64,000 nucleotides of DNA, taken from contig CM059432.1 in NCBI GenBank assembly GCA_030390025.1, forward strand, positions 19,780,001 through 19,844,000, written 5' to 3'. Below the pieces are notes generated by a model. That model was not told the origin of the DNA. It was given only the letters and a program-made list of their open reading frames with translations, and searched no databases. Below are positions 37,690-49,650 of this stretch, in pieces. A program made the translations under genes and the position numbers. Origin of the DNA: Squalus acanthias. Its lineage: Eukaryota. Every line of letters starts with the position of its first letter. Position 1 is the stretch's first letter.

Positions 37690-38935
37690 CAGTTTAACAA
37701 TTGTGGGAAACCTATCATCAGGGACGGAGTGACTGATCACTTGGACAAGTATCAACTGATCAAAGAGAGTCAGCATATATTTGTGAAAGGTAAATCATGC
37801 CTGACTAGTTATTAGTAAAACTAAGAGTGCATGGACTTGGGGGTAACCTTCTGACATGGGTCGAAAATTGGTAGGAGACAGAGAGTAGGGATAAAGGGAA
37901 GGTTCTCTGATTGGAAGGATGTGTTCCCCAGGGATCTGTACTGGGACCTCAGCTTTCTACCATATATATTAATGACTTGGATACAGGATATTCAAGTTTG
38001 AAGATGGCACTAAGCGTCCATGCACAGAAATCACTAAACGCTAATGCACAGGTACAAAAAGTAATCAAAATGGTTAATGAAATGTTGGCCTTTTTCTCAA
38101 GAAGGCTGGAATACAAAGGGGAGGAAATTACGCTTCAGTTATACAGAGCCTTGGTGAGACCTCGTCTGGAGTATCATGTTCGTTTTGGGTACCAAACCTC
38201 AGGAAAGATATTGGCCTTGGAGCGGGTACAGTGCAGATTCACCAGAATGATACCCGGGCTTAATAGGTTAAATTATGAGGGCAGGTTGCATAAACGTAGC
38301 TTGTATTCCCTTGAGTTTAGAGGGTTGAGAGGTGATCAAATCGAGGTCTTTAAACTGATAAAGGGATTCAGTACGGTAGATGACATGAATCTTGTCATTC
38401 ATGTGGAAATGACTTATGAAGTAATACTGGGCGGCCTGCTGGTGGCGCTGTCCAGGGAGAGTATAAATACTCAGGCATGGGCCCAGCTTGCTCAGGACAT
38501 TCCTTAACAGGAACTAGTGAAGGACACAACTAGATCTCCATGTTGAAAAACAGTTGATTAAAGCCTTGTTTAACGCTTAGACCAAGTGCCTAGTAGTTTT
38601 CTTACGTCAGTAGATACAGAGAAATTGTTTCCTCTGGTGGAGGAATCCAGGACAAGAGGGCATAATCTTAAAATTAGAGCTAGGCCATTTAGGAGTAAAT
38701 CAGGAAGCACTTTTTCACACAAAGGGTAGTGGAAATCTGGAACTCTTTCCCCCAAAAGGCTGTGGATGCTGGGTCAATTTACATTTTCAAGACTGAGATC
38801 GATCGATTTTTGTTGGGTAAGGGTAGCAAGGGATTCTGGAGCAAATGGAATTCAGGTACATCAGCCATGATCTAATTGAATAGCGGAACAGGCTCGAGGG
38901 ACTGAATGATTTACTCCTGTTCCTATCTTCCTATG
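37690..38935 (+). mobile_element. Degraded CR1 LINE
   Basis: VPQGSVLGPQL..IYINDLD, LYRALVRPRLEY; CR1 tail near 38935. Confidence 0.85.
38381..38609 (+). mobile_element. Solo LTR (229 bp) inserted in CR1
   Basis: TGAC...GTCA termini; 5-bp TSD GTAGA (38376-38380, 38610-38614); TATAAATA at 38462; ATTAAA at 38557. Confidence 0.85.
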
Positions 38936-39533
38936 TACCGATTGAATCATTGCTCCAATTTCTGTTTTTTTATCCAATGAATCTGACTGTTCAGTTTCCG
39001 GCCGCAGCCGGCTGGCCCAAAGCAGATGAGGCACATTCCAGGTCTACTGCGCATCTGGGGACAAATCCGCTGCTTTATGTGGGGGGTCATGAACAATTAC
39101 TTTGCCAATTCCATGCACAAAATACCACCAAAGGTTGGCATCTTAAGTGATTTATCATGCCTTGCTCTAATTACCATGTTTGTAGTATGATTTTACACAA
39201 AGGACTGACACTAAACAATAATTGAAAGGTCTGCTACATAATATGGTCAAGTGAAACACTTGAACAGCACAGCTTTACTGCCATGATATTCTACTGAAGA
39301 GGTTTCTTCCCTTGTCCTCTCATACACAAGAACTCAACACAGACTCCAAAACTGAAATCCCTAGTTCCAAAGGCTCACTGAAATCATTATTAAAATAAAA
39401 TACGGCTACAGACAGGAACTATAATGGCAATTGTAAATTATAGTTTACATTTTTATGCACCTTTACAACTGAGTAAGTTCCATTATTAAATGGAATAAAC
39501 AAAGCCCTTACCTGTAGGTGTATTGTGCCAAGT

Positions 39534-39629
39534 TCAGTGCTTCACTGAAACCACGATAATTATGATGATGACAGACAAAATAATCAAACCTGCCAGAATG
39601 AAGCAGCATTTCATCTTCCGAGCTCTTTT
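39534..39629 (-). CDS. TSNARE1: Last coding exon of a syntaxin-family t-SNARE, most like TSNARE1 (exon 39512-39629)
   Basis: Acceptor ...atttcttttag|AAA; KRARKMKCCFILAGLIILSVIIIIIVVSVKH*, a basic stretch plus di-Cys plus tail anchor that matches the TSNARE1 C-terminus as recalled (KIKCCFL...VIIIIIATSVRK); donor CAG|gtaagg at 39511. Confidence 0.75.
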   Translation of the reverse strand, partial: KRARKMKCCFILAGLIILSVIIIIIVVSVKH

Positions 39630-41595
39630 CTAAAAGAAATTAAAGAAATAAAGACGTCATGTAGTACAGGCATAGGGACCGTGAACTGACTGGCCTCTTA
39701 GACCACTTCTGTAATATTCGATCAGCATCTGGTTTGTAATTTTCCATTTGTGGCCTTCAAAGATCATCAAATTGTCAGCCACTCTCACCAAAATATCCTG
39801 TAGGATTTTCCATTAAATTAAAGGCTCAGTAATCCTGGAAAATTCACATGAAACCAGTAGGATCTTATAGGAAAGACCACAACTCTTAGAAGATTTTTAC
39901 CCTCTTCAAAGCTGGATTCGAATCCTTCAGTTAATGTTCTGGAAAGAGAATCTGTTTTAATGGAGGAATTCCAGATGTACAATTGACTAAGTGCGGAGCT
40001 TCCTTTGCATTCTGTATTCTGTTCTGCAGTACGAGAGTTTTTGTTTCATATTTAGTGCAGTTTCAGTCCCTAGGTTTACACACACATTAAGAATACTTTG
40101 TAGCTATGAAGAAAATGCAAGAATTTCTAGGTTGCCTCGCTTGCCCTCTCCAAGTATAAATTATGATGACCCACCTTAAAGATCATGGATACTGAGCTCA
40201 CACATAAACAGCAAACAGTCCTTAAAATAAAGAAACAAATTACAGCCTATTTATACTTTTCCAGTGGAAATCATTCCACAATATGGTTAGATCTTATGAA
40301 TCGGTCCTGTTTATATTTGTAGGTATGGCAATACTGGAATATCTGACTTTTGGATCTCAATGAAGCTTTCACCTGCCTCCAACAGTGTCCAAAACGATAA
40401 AATTGCACAAGGCACAAATGTGGCGTGACGAGGGTGAGTAACACGTTGCCGTGATTTTAACATTCTTGTCGAGTGCTGGGGATTAAAATTGGGGCTTTGG
40501 TCGCAATCTCACTCCAGCAGAAGTTGAACGTAGTTTGTTAACAAATGTTATTCCTATAAAGTTGGATTGTTATTCAGCATCCCGGGAGATCAGAAAAAAT
40601 AAATTTACATTTTAATTTCTTGGGATCTTAAGCTTGTGCATTCAGCTCCTACCTGTCAAAATTTCAATTTCAGGCAAATATTAAATCAATTCATCGCTTC
40701 AACACACATTCCAAGCAAGGGCTCAAACCCATGCTCGTCACTTGTCTCATGACCAACTAGTCACTTAATCGCCTTGGCGTGAAGCTGGCAGTGGCTCTTT
40801 GGGGTCAAGGTAGCTCCAAGTTAACAGGCCATATCGCTCGAAGGGTGGGGGAGGCTGGTGGCAAGCGGTGGCCGGCAGCAGCCCGTGGTTTTAATGTGGT
40901 GCCGGGAAGAGCATTCCCTCACCTCCTGGATCCACACTCTGGTATGTAATTTTTTAAAACTTACCTTTTTGGTGGTGGCCTGCAGTGGTCCCGTTAAGAA
41001 CCGCTGGTTAGGCCGCATATAGACCTGGTTTTCAGGCGTCGGCTGCGTTGAGGTCAAACCAATTTGTTAACGGAGGCATCAAACTGGCGTTAGGCCTCTC
41101 ACTTACATATGCAAAGGACCTAATGCCTGTTTCAAGCGTGAGACCTGGACGCCTCTTTGGGTGCCTATTGCAAAATGGCAGGCAGCGCACACCTGGCACA
41201 GATGCCGCTCACCATATCGGATGATTTGGCACCTGTTTTACACCTGTAAAATGGGCACAGCATCAAATTGCTAGGCCAACAAAGAATAGACACTATTACA
41301 AAATTACAACTTTAAACTTTAAAACAACCTGATGACAACTTGATGAGAAAGCATATCCTTAAAATGACATTCAACCAGCATTTCTTTCATCAGTATTCAG
41401 TGCCAATATATTGTTAAAGGTCAAAGTGAAAACTATTTAATTCAGGTTAATTAAGTTTCTCCGGTAATCAGTTTGACTGTGTCTGCAGACCATATTTCAA
41501 TTAAAAGGTAATATATCATATGCTACATAAAGTGCTGTAAATTGCCCCAAGTGCACTAAATGCCCCAAGAAAAGATTTTGGATTCCAGCAACATT

Positions 41596-42176
41596 GGCCC
41601 AGATATTGACAGGGGGCGTGGGGGGTGCTCAACAGGTTTGGATTCCAGTCAGGCAGAGTGGACTCCGGAGCAGGCCGCAGGAGCAGGTAGGGAGCTTGCT
41701 CCTGCTACTGGGATCCCAGGGTGAAGTCCGATCCCGGGGGTCCGATCCACGAACCGGGGGGGGGGGGGAGGAGTGGTTCAATCCTGGGGGTGCCACTTAA
41801 TCCCAGGGAGCGTCCGATCCTCGACCCGGGAGTCTTTGTATGGGGGGGGGGTCTGATGGTGGGGGAGCTTGGGGGGCCAGGAGAAGCACTCCTGCTCCTC
41901 CTGGCGCACAAACAGTGCAGTAAAGGGACTTACCTTCTCCCCATAACTGTCCTCACCTCCCTTCAGCTGTCGGGTTTCCCAGGTCCTGGGAAACCCGGCC
42001 GACCACAGTTAACATTGCAAAGCAGGTTAAATCAGAGGCTGCCAGCCTGTTTAAAATATTTAAATTGCCAACCCACCTCGTTAAACCCAGAAGTTGGGGT
42101 CAGGTTTGAGATTTTTAAATTTTTTGCATCTGACCTGACCCCAACCCACCCATTTTTGGGGGTTAAAATTCATCCC
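41596..42176. mobile_element. Harbinger-type MITE
   Basis: TSD ATT/ATT; weak TIR GGCCCAGATATTGA / TTAAAATTCATCCC. Confidence 0.6.
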
Positions 42177-42562
42177 ATTGAGGCTGAATCAGGCTTTGTA
42201 CAACCTTGGGTTCTATTTGACCGAGAGCCGAGCTTCAAATCCCATATCCTATCCATCACCAAGATCAATTATTTCCACCTTCAAACATCATCCATGTCCA
42301 CCTCCGTTGCAGCCCTACCACTGCCGATACTCTTATCCACACCTATGATAATTCTAGACTCAATTTCTTCTACATCACCCTTGTCCTTACTGACCTACAA
42401 TGGCTCCGCACTTTACCCTACCTCTGGCCTTCTGTGCCATTCCCCTTTCCCTTCAATTCACAACTGATGGCGCTGCCTTCAACTCTCTTGACCCTATTTT
42501 CTGCAACTCCTTCCGAAACTTCTCCCTTCTTTCTCTTCACTTTAAAAGGCTTCTGAAAACCC

Positions 42563-42667
42563 AGTTCTGATGAAAGGTCATCAATTTGAAACATTAACTC
42601 TGTTTCTCTCTGCACAGATGCTGCCTGACCTGCTGAGTATTTCCCAGCATTATCTGTTTTTATTTCT
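42563..42667 (+). mobile_element. Penelope family-2 pseudo-LTR with decayed hammerhead, inside an L2 remnant (~42210-42770)
   Basis: AGUU-CUGAUGA-...-GAAA-C-AUU-AACU; approximate TSD TTCTG(G)AAAACCC. Confidence 0.7.
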
Positions 42668-42872
42668 GGAAAACCCATCTCTTCAATCAAACTTTTGGTC
42701 ACCTCTCCTAACTCTCCCAACATCTCCTAATGCACGTTCTTTTGTTTTTCTGTGTAGCACTTTGTGATTTTGCTTTAATGTTAAAGGTGTTATCTAAACA
42801 CAAGTTGTTAATGTTGTATTCTGTAGTGCAATGAGTTATCTGACCTCAACACTATTTCCAGAGAATGGAAGT

Positions 42873-43568
42873 GGGCCCAGAGTTTCCACTTTTGGCGCAA
42901 TCAGTGATCCGGGTGCAAATTGTCCTCATTTTGAGAAGTTTTTTTTCTGCTAAAATTAATTTGCACATCGCCGAACGTGAAATCTGCCATGAACCAACGT
43001 TTCAAAACGTGAAAAAAAAATTTGCAATAAAAAGTATTCCTTGATATATTTAAGAGTGGCTAACTTGGTGCATCTTTATTAACACAGCTGCAAATGGGTT
43101 TATCACGTCGAGTGTCTCGTCCACCACCTGTGATTAACCCGATTTTAAATCTCTGAAAATGACTTTAAAAAAACTAGACAGCACCATTTCCGAGTTACAT
43201 TGGTGTACAGTAGTCCGTTTCTTAGTAAATTAAAAACATTTTTTTTTTTTAAACTTTTAAAACATGACCATCAGTGTCTTGGCGGCAAAAACAGCTCAAT
43301 TTCTAGAGCCTCCTCGAAGGCCTGCAAATGGGTGCATTTAGTGGAAACTTACAACGGTGCTTAATTCGATCTGAGGGCGTGGCCAGGTTCATGGGCAGGG
43401 TGGGTTTCTAGCGCGATGCTTTTGAAACTAGCGCAAAAGATCGCGGAAACTCGATTTGCTCTGAACGCAATTTGCGCTTGAAATTCCACGATCTTTTGCG
43501 CGGGTCTGACTGATTTTGGGCGAAGTGTGCTGAGAAAACCAGCGCAACCGAGCGGAAACTCCCGGCCC
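42873..43568. mobile_element. Harbinger-type MITE
   Basis: TIR GGGCCCAGAGTTTCC / GGAAACTCCCGGCCC. Confidence 0.7.
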
Positions 43569-43721
43569 CCGGACTTGAAAACTACCTCTGTAGTAACTGG
43601 TACCAAAGTGGCAGTCTCACTCAGCGAGCTCGCAGGAACAGACAGGTCATGTCAGCTCCCGACTGGAGTCTTGCGTGTGAGATAGTAACATTCCACCCTC
43701 CCACCTCGGGATCAGAATCTC

Positions 43722-43761
43722 GGGCAGCATTCCTCTAGATTTCTCTAGAGGAATGCTGCCC
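43722..43761. repeat. Perfect hairpin: 18-bp stem, 4-nt loop
   Basis: GGGCAGCATTCCTCTAGA-TTTC-TCTAGAGGAATGCTGCCC. Confidence 0.95.
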
Positions 43762-45345
43762 CTTTCCATTCTTGTCGGTTAATTGCGGAACCTCAATGAT
43801 TGTAAAATTCGTTATTGTAGAGTACACAGCAAAGCGGATGCTGCGTGCTGCTGGACAGCTGCAGTTGGATCAGCAGTGAAGCATGTTGGTGAGAACGAAA
43901 GTGGCAGATCTCAATATTGCTGAAGGCGGGGAAATAAAAATGAAGTTTCTCCAATCGGGTAAAAAAAAGTTTTTAAAAAACCACTGTTAATTAGATGGGG
44001 AAAGCCATTACATTCAGATTAACTCCCCGACACTTACCTACATTAAATCCTGTGTTTTCAAAGCAATACGCCCCAATTAAAGGGCAGTTGTTGCTTCATT
44101 AGGGCGGTTTGGGCAGACTGATTTCATTGAACCGAACATACCCGTTCCATGCCCATTGGTTCGATCCCTGCAGTAAGTTAACACTCCAGAGGATGTTACA
44201 TCTCCTATGTTAACTTTGTGCAGTGTCTTATCCGAACGTGCGTTGAGCAAATGTATTCATGTATTACAGTTTATTGTAGCCATTGTTCTACAACAGTAAA
44301 TCCTCAGTATTCCATGCAGGAACTAATAAAGTGTTGCCTCCTGTGTGCTGTGGTGTGTATTTTGTTTTGCAACCCAGCTTGCACAGCGACAGAATTAGTA
44401 AATTAGCAGTAAAGGAGCTTCACCTGGGGGGGGGGGGGGAAACTTCTGGGCTAAGGAGGCCGAAAAAAAATAAGCACTTAATTGCTGTCCAACGACAACT
44501 ACTGACAAGTGCACGTGTGAGGATGTCAGATGAGAACAGGGCTAGATTCAGCTGTCGTACCCCAATGGTCACTGTCAAGAGCCACACTCGGAAGAATGAT
44601 TGCTTGGGTGAGATAGAGGGGGCGTACTGGCACCTGTGGAAATGTATCCTGAAATGAGTTAGTGTCTTCAGCAGGACAAGGGAAGAAAATATATAGAACA
44701 AAGCATGCAGCTCGCTGGTCCCTATTATGTATCCTCGACACACTGAACCTCATTTGGGATCTTGTTAGCATTGGTTACTGTTAAGTTATTTGACATAGAG
44801 AGAGACTACAATCAGCAGCAAATCACTTATTCTCTTTTGTATGTTTGCCTAAATTGCAACTAGGAGCTGAATAAATAGGATGTGTCTCAACATGTATTTT
44901 GGGAAAAGATGCTAATACATAAGTTAACTTTGAAGGCAATTTATTTAATGCATGCAGCCCTATGGTAAGTAATCAAGGCAAATAAAACATTTCCATCGTT
45001 CCTATTACATGAACTGTATCTTTGTATTCCCCTTATGGTGCTCACTCTACAAATGCACAATCTACAGACACATATATTTGGCCTACTTAAAGGGACACAG
45101 TCCTTATGAAATATGCTTGCCACTTTTTAAAAGAACCGAGGGCTAGAAATTCGTCTCCTTTGCGCCAACCGTTAGCGCCTCCGGGGGGCGATAAAGGGGC
45201 ACTATTGGCTTTGCGACAGGGCACAGCAAGCGTACCAACGCACGCAATATTCCCATCGAGGTTTGCTGGGGAAATCAGAGCCATTGGACGGAAGGATAAA
45301 CTAATTCAATATGCTTGCCAAACAGGTTGTGACAAGAAAGACATT

Positions 45346-46099
45346 GGCCCGGATTTTGTGTTGAGAATAACAGTGAAGTTAACAGTGATCATCATTATTA
45401 TGGAGTAAATAGGACAGCAACTTCCAGAGTTCGCACATACGCAGTTAAAAGTGGAAATCCGGAAGTTGCTGTCTGAGTTACCCTGCTCCTTCATCGGCTG
45501 CGCTATAACAATACCTCGCCACTAGACTCAGCATTGAAATCCATGTAAGGGCGCGAAGTTGTTGTACTTACCCACTAAACACGGCAGATAATTAGGGTTG
45601 GTGCATTCAGGTGTAAGTGAAATTTTAACCACGTGATAAGTCATAATTACTGCCAAACAACCTCTCGGGCACTGAAAATTTAATTTTACAAGTGTGGAGT
45701 CTCATTCCTTCAAAATTTAAATCATGTTGGTGATTTAAAAAAAATCCTTTTTACTTTTTCTTTCTGTGTCTTTTAACTCTCTCTCTTATTCCCATCTTTC
45801 TTTCCCTCTCTTTATTTTGCTTTCTGTACATGATTTTACAATGGATTAAATATTCTAATTTATACTTCCTGGTTTAGACTCTGCGTGGCTCAGTGAGGAT
45901 TCATCAATCTGATTGGTTGAAGAGCCACGCTGTTGCCTGCTTACACACGCCACATATCCCCTGTCGATGGTGCTACGCTGAAAAAGATCTCTAGCAACTG
46001 TAAGTTGCCATTCAAAAGCCCGTGAAAAGTCTGTGGGCAGCTGTCAGTGTGATGAACGGCGAGTGCTGTTCCTTCGCCACTGACCACAAAATCTGGGCC
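45346..46099. mobile_element. Harbinger-type MITE
   Basis: 15-bp TIR GGCCCRGATTTTGTG; TSD ATT/ATT. Confidence 0.85.
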
Positions 46100-47730
46100 A
46101 TTCAATGCCACCAGTCTAGTGAGTTAAAAGTAACTGCCCATGATAAGCAACAAGGAACCACTGGTTATTTAACAGGAAATTTTGATAGCAACTCTTGAAA
46201 ATGGAACAGGAACACCCACTCTTAAGCGATTTCAATTGTTCCAATCCATTTACAGGCCTACCAACACTAGTATAATTGGTGGGAGTATCACGTGCAAGAT
46301 CGCAATCTCCCATTCTTCTGCTTCAGGGTCGCAATCTCATGCCTACATGAGTTACTAACTCCCAGTATTTCTCCACCTTTCACTCACTGGGGTGCCTGAG
46401 AAAGCAGGAAAAAAACATTTGCAGGCCACACAGCCAGGTGAATTTTGGAGAAAGAAAGAGAAATACGGAAAAATGGACACAAAGAAATAAAGGAGACAGA
46501 GCAAAGGAAGAGAAAGACAGGGAGAAGAGGGTAATAGAGTAGAGAGGATAAACATATTTATGCCACTTGTCTGTCTCATGTGACAGACTTGACTTGTAGC
46601 CCTTAACCATGTTCATGTTTTTGGTGTTAGATGATGCCTCAGGTGTATACCCGATGACTGAAAATCTCATACCTCGCATTTATCCAATGCTGACAGCTCT
46701 GTATATATTGGACTTCAAAAGATTGATCGCTATAGTCCCAGATTTGCAGCTAGCCGTTACTTACACAATTTTGTTGCCTCTTATTGATGCTGCCTGTGCT
46801 GGTAGATAACTCGGATGACAGTACATTTCCCTCTAAATCGGATAATGTATTACACGAGTCCTGAACTTCTATCAAAGCATGACAACACCTGGAGTAAGTA
46901 GTGCCTGTGGAACAGGAATAAGTGGTGCCTGAATTATAGAAAAGACAGTAATTGAGTCATAGTATAGTCTATTTTGTAACGGGCTTCATCCAATCTTTGT
47001 GTGTTAACATAGTCTTCCTTGCTGCCTTTCCCTCTCCTCTTCTTTTCCCATCCAAGTCTCATGATATGATACGTATGCCTGAGCAGTAAGGGAATGTTTA
47101 CCTGACAGACAACTGGAAACACTTGGACAAAAGATCCCCTCAGTTTGTTAATTCTACCAAAAGCATAAACACAAGTATAAAGAACCTGTTTACAATTTCA
47201 ATACTACAGCAGAGAAAATGTTTCCCTTTGACTTTAGCTTATTAAAATAACTTTCCAAAGAAAAGTAAAGCAATTATTTCAGTATTTTTCTTGCCTATTA
47301 AACTATTAACTATTTACATCGTTTAGCGCAGAAAACATTACCATGATCAGAGTATCTGTGTTATTAAAATAAGTTCCCTCATAGATTATATAGGAATATT
47401 CACGTCCCAGAATTGCCTTTAAACTCCTTCTTCCATCTTTCCTAAGCTTCAGCTCATCCAAAGCTCGAGGGGTAATTTTAACTTAACCCGCCCGGCAGAA
47501 AACTGAGTTAGCCACCCGTGATTTTACTCTCCATGGAAGTCAGGGCTGATTTTCTGGGTGGGACGCATATGCAAGTGCATCGTACGTTAGATGTGAGGGG
47601 CGCAGACCTCGTGAGATCAGGTTAAACATTGAAATAACTCTTCGCACTCCCCGCATGGATTAGACCATGTGCTGGGAGTGTGCATGTCACAGGGAGATGG
47701 GGGTGGGGGGGGGAGGGTGGCGGGGTGAGG

Positions 47731-48230
47731 ATCATAGAATCATAGAAATTTACAGCACAGGAGGAGGTCATTTGGCCCATCTTATCTGTGCCGGCCGACA
47801 AAGAGCTATCCACCCTAATCCCACTTTCCGTAGCCTTGTAAGTTACGGCACTTCAAGTGCATATCCAAGTACTTTTTAAATGCGATGAGGGTCTCTGCCT
47901 CTACCACCCTTTCAGGCAGTGAGTTCCAGACCTCTGGGTGAAAAAAAATTCTCCTCAAATCCCCTCTAAACCTCCTATCAATTACTTTAAATCTATGGTC
48001 CCTGGTTATTGACCCTTCTGCTAAGGGAAATTGGTCCTTCCTATCCACTCTATCTAGGCCCCTCATAATTTTATACACCTCAATTAAATCTCCCCTCAGC
48101 CTCCTCTGTTCCAAAGTAAACAACTCCAGCCTATCCAATCTATCCTCGTAGCTAAAATTCCCCAGCCCAGGCAACATCCTCGTAAATCTCCTCTGCACCC
48201 TCTCCAGTGCAATCACATCCTTCCTGTAAT
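47731..48230 (-). mobile_element. CR1 3' fragment
   Basis: ALERVQRRFTRMLPGL...RGDLIEVYKIM; (ATCATAGA)n tail on +. Confidence 0.9.
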
Positions 48231-48301
48231 ATTTGGCGCGGAACCAGGTTTAAGGAGCTGCTGCTGTGCCTTGAATGGCACTCAGATTTTGGCGATTTAA
48301 A

Positions 48302-49228
48302 TTTTTTTTTTATTAGTTTATTGGATCTGGACGTCGCGGGCAAGGCCAGCATTTATTGCCCATCCCTAGTTGCCCTTGAGAAGGTGGTGGTGAGCCACCT
48401 TCTTGAACCGCTGCAGTCTGTGTGGTGAAGGTACTCCCACAGTGCTGTTAGGTAGGGAGTTCCAGGATTTTGACCCAGCGACGATGAAGGATCGGCGATA
48501 TATTTCCAAGTCAGGATGTTGTGTGACTTGGAGGGGAGCTTGGAGGTGGTGGCATTCACATGCGCCTGCTGCCTTTGTCCTTCTAGGTGGAAGAGGTCGC
48601 GGGTTTGGGAGGTACTGCTGAAGAAGCCTTGGCGAGTTGCTGCAGTGCATCTTGTAGATGGTACACACTGCAGCCACTGTATGCCGGTGATGGAGGGAGT
48701 GAATGTTTAAGGTGGTGGATGGGGTGCCAATCAACTGGGCTGCTTTGTCCTGGATGGTGTCGAGCTTCTTGAGTGTTGTTGGAGCTGCACTCATCCAGAC
48801 AACTGGAGAGTATTCCATCACACTCCTTACTTGTGCCTTGTAGATGGTGGAAAGGCTTTGGGGAGTCAGGAGGTGAGACACTCGCCACAGAATACCTAGC
48901 CTCTGACCTGCTCTTGTTACCACAGTATTTATGTGGCTGGTCCAGTTAAGTTTCTGGTCAATGGTGACCCCCAGGATGTTGATAGTGGGGGATTCGGCGA
49001 TGGTAATGCCATTGAATGTCAAGGGGCAGTGGTTAGACTCTCACTTGTTGGAGATAGTCATTGCCTGGCACTTCTGTGGCACGAATATTACCTGCCACTT
49101 ATCAGCCCAAGCCTGAATGTCGTCCAGGTCTTGTTGCATGCGGGCACGGACTGCTTCATTATCTGAGGAGTTGTGAATGGCGCTGAACACTGTGCAGTCA
49201 TCAGCGAACATCCCCACTTCTGACCTTA
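48302..49228 (-). mobile_element. Second LINE family (CR1/L2 group), 3' part
   Basis: ORF 48366-49022 ILGVTIDQKLNWTSHI...YKAQVRSVMEY; FADD near 49200; T-rich tail on +. Confidence 0.9.
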
Positions 49229-49519
49229 ATTGTTAAGTTTGCTGCAGGAAAATCTATTCACTTGATTGGGAGAGCTAGCTGAGGGTCGATCTTCAGAAGC
49301 CAGGGAGCAGGGGAGAGAGAAGCTGACCCCATTCACAGAGAGAACCTTGGAGGGGATGCTGCCGCAGCAAGGACAGTTGCTATCTTTGGGCCCAAAGGGC
49401 AGAGTCCTCGGAAGTCTGCTGACTCAAATCATAGACGAGGAAAACGTTTAACACATCGAGGTTTGCCAAAGTGTATTCTGAAGGCAGCAGCCTTCTATAG
49501 TGTGGCTGCAATATACCAT

Positions 49520-49650
49520 CACCACACGGACTGCAGCGGTTCAAGAAGGTGGCTCACCACCACCTTCTCAAGGGCAACTAGGGATCAGCAATAAATGCCG
49601 GCCTTGCCAGCGACGCCCAGATCCCATAAAAAAAACGAATAAAAAAAAAA
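49520..49650 (+). mobile_element. Second LINE family, very short 3' end
   Basis: CACCACACGGACTGCAGCGGTTCAAG...GCCAGCGACGCCC followed by an A-rich tail. Confidence 0.8.

Noticed and set aside
41721..42467. 248-aa ORF
   Set aside because: Non-ATG start, spans a MITE and an L2 remnant, no coherent domain
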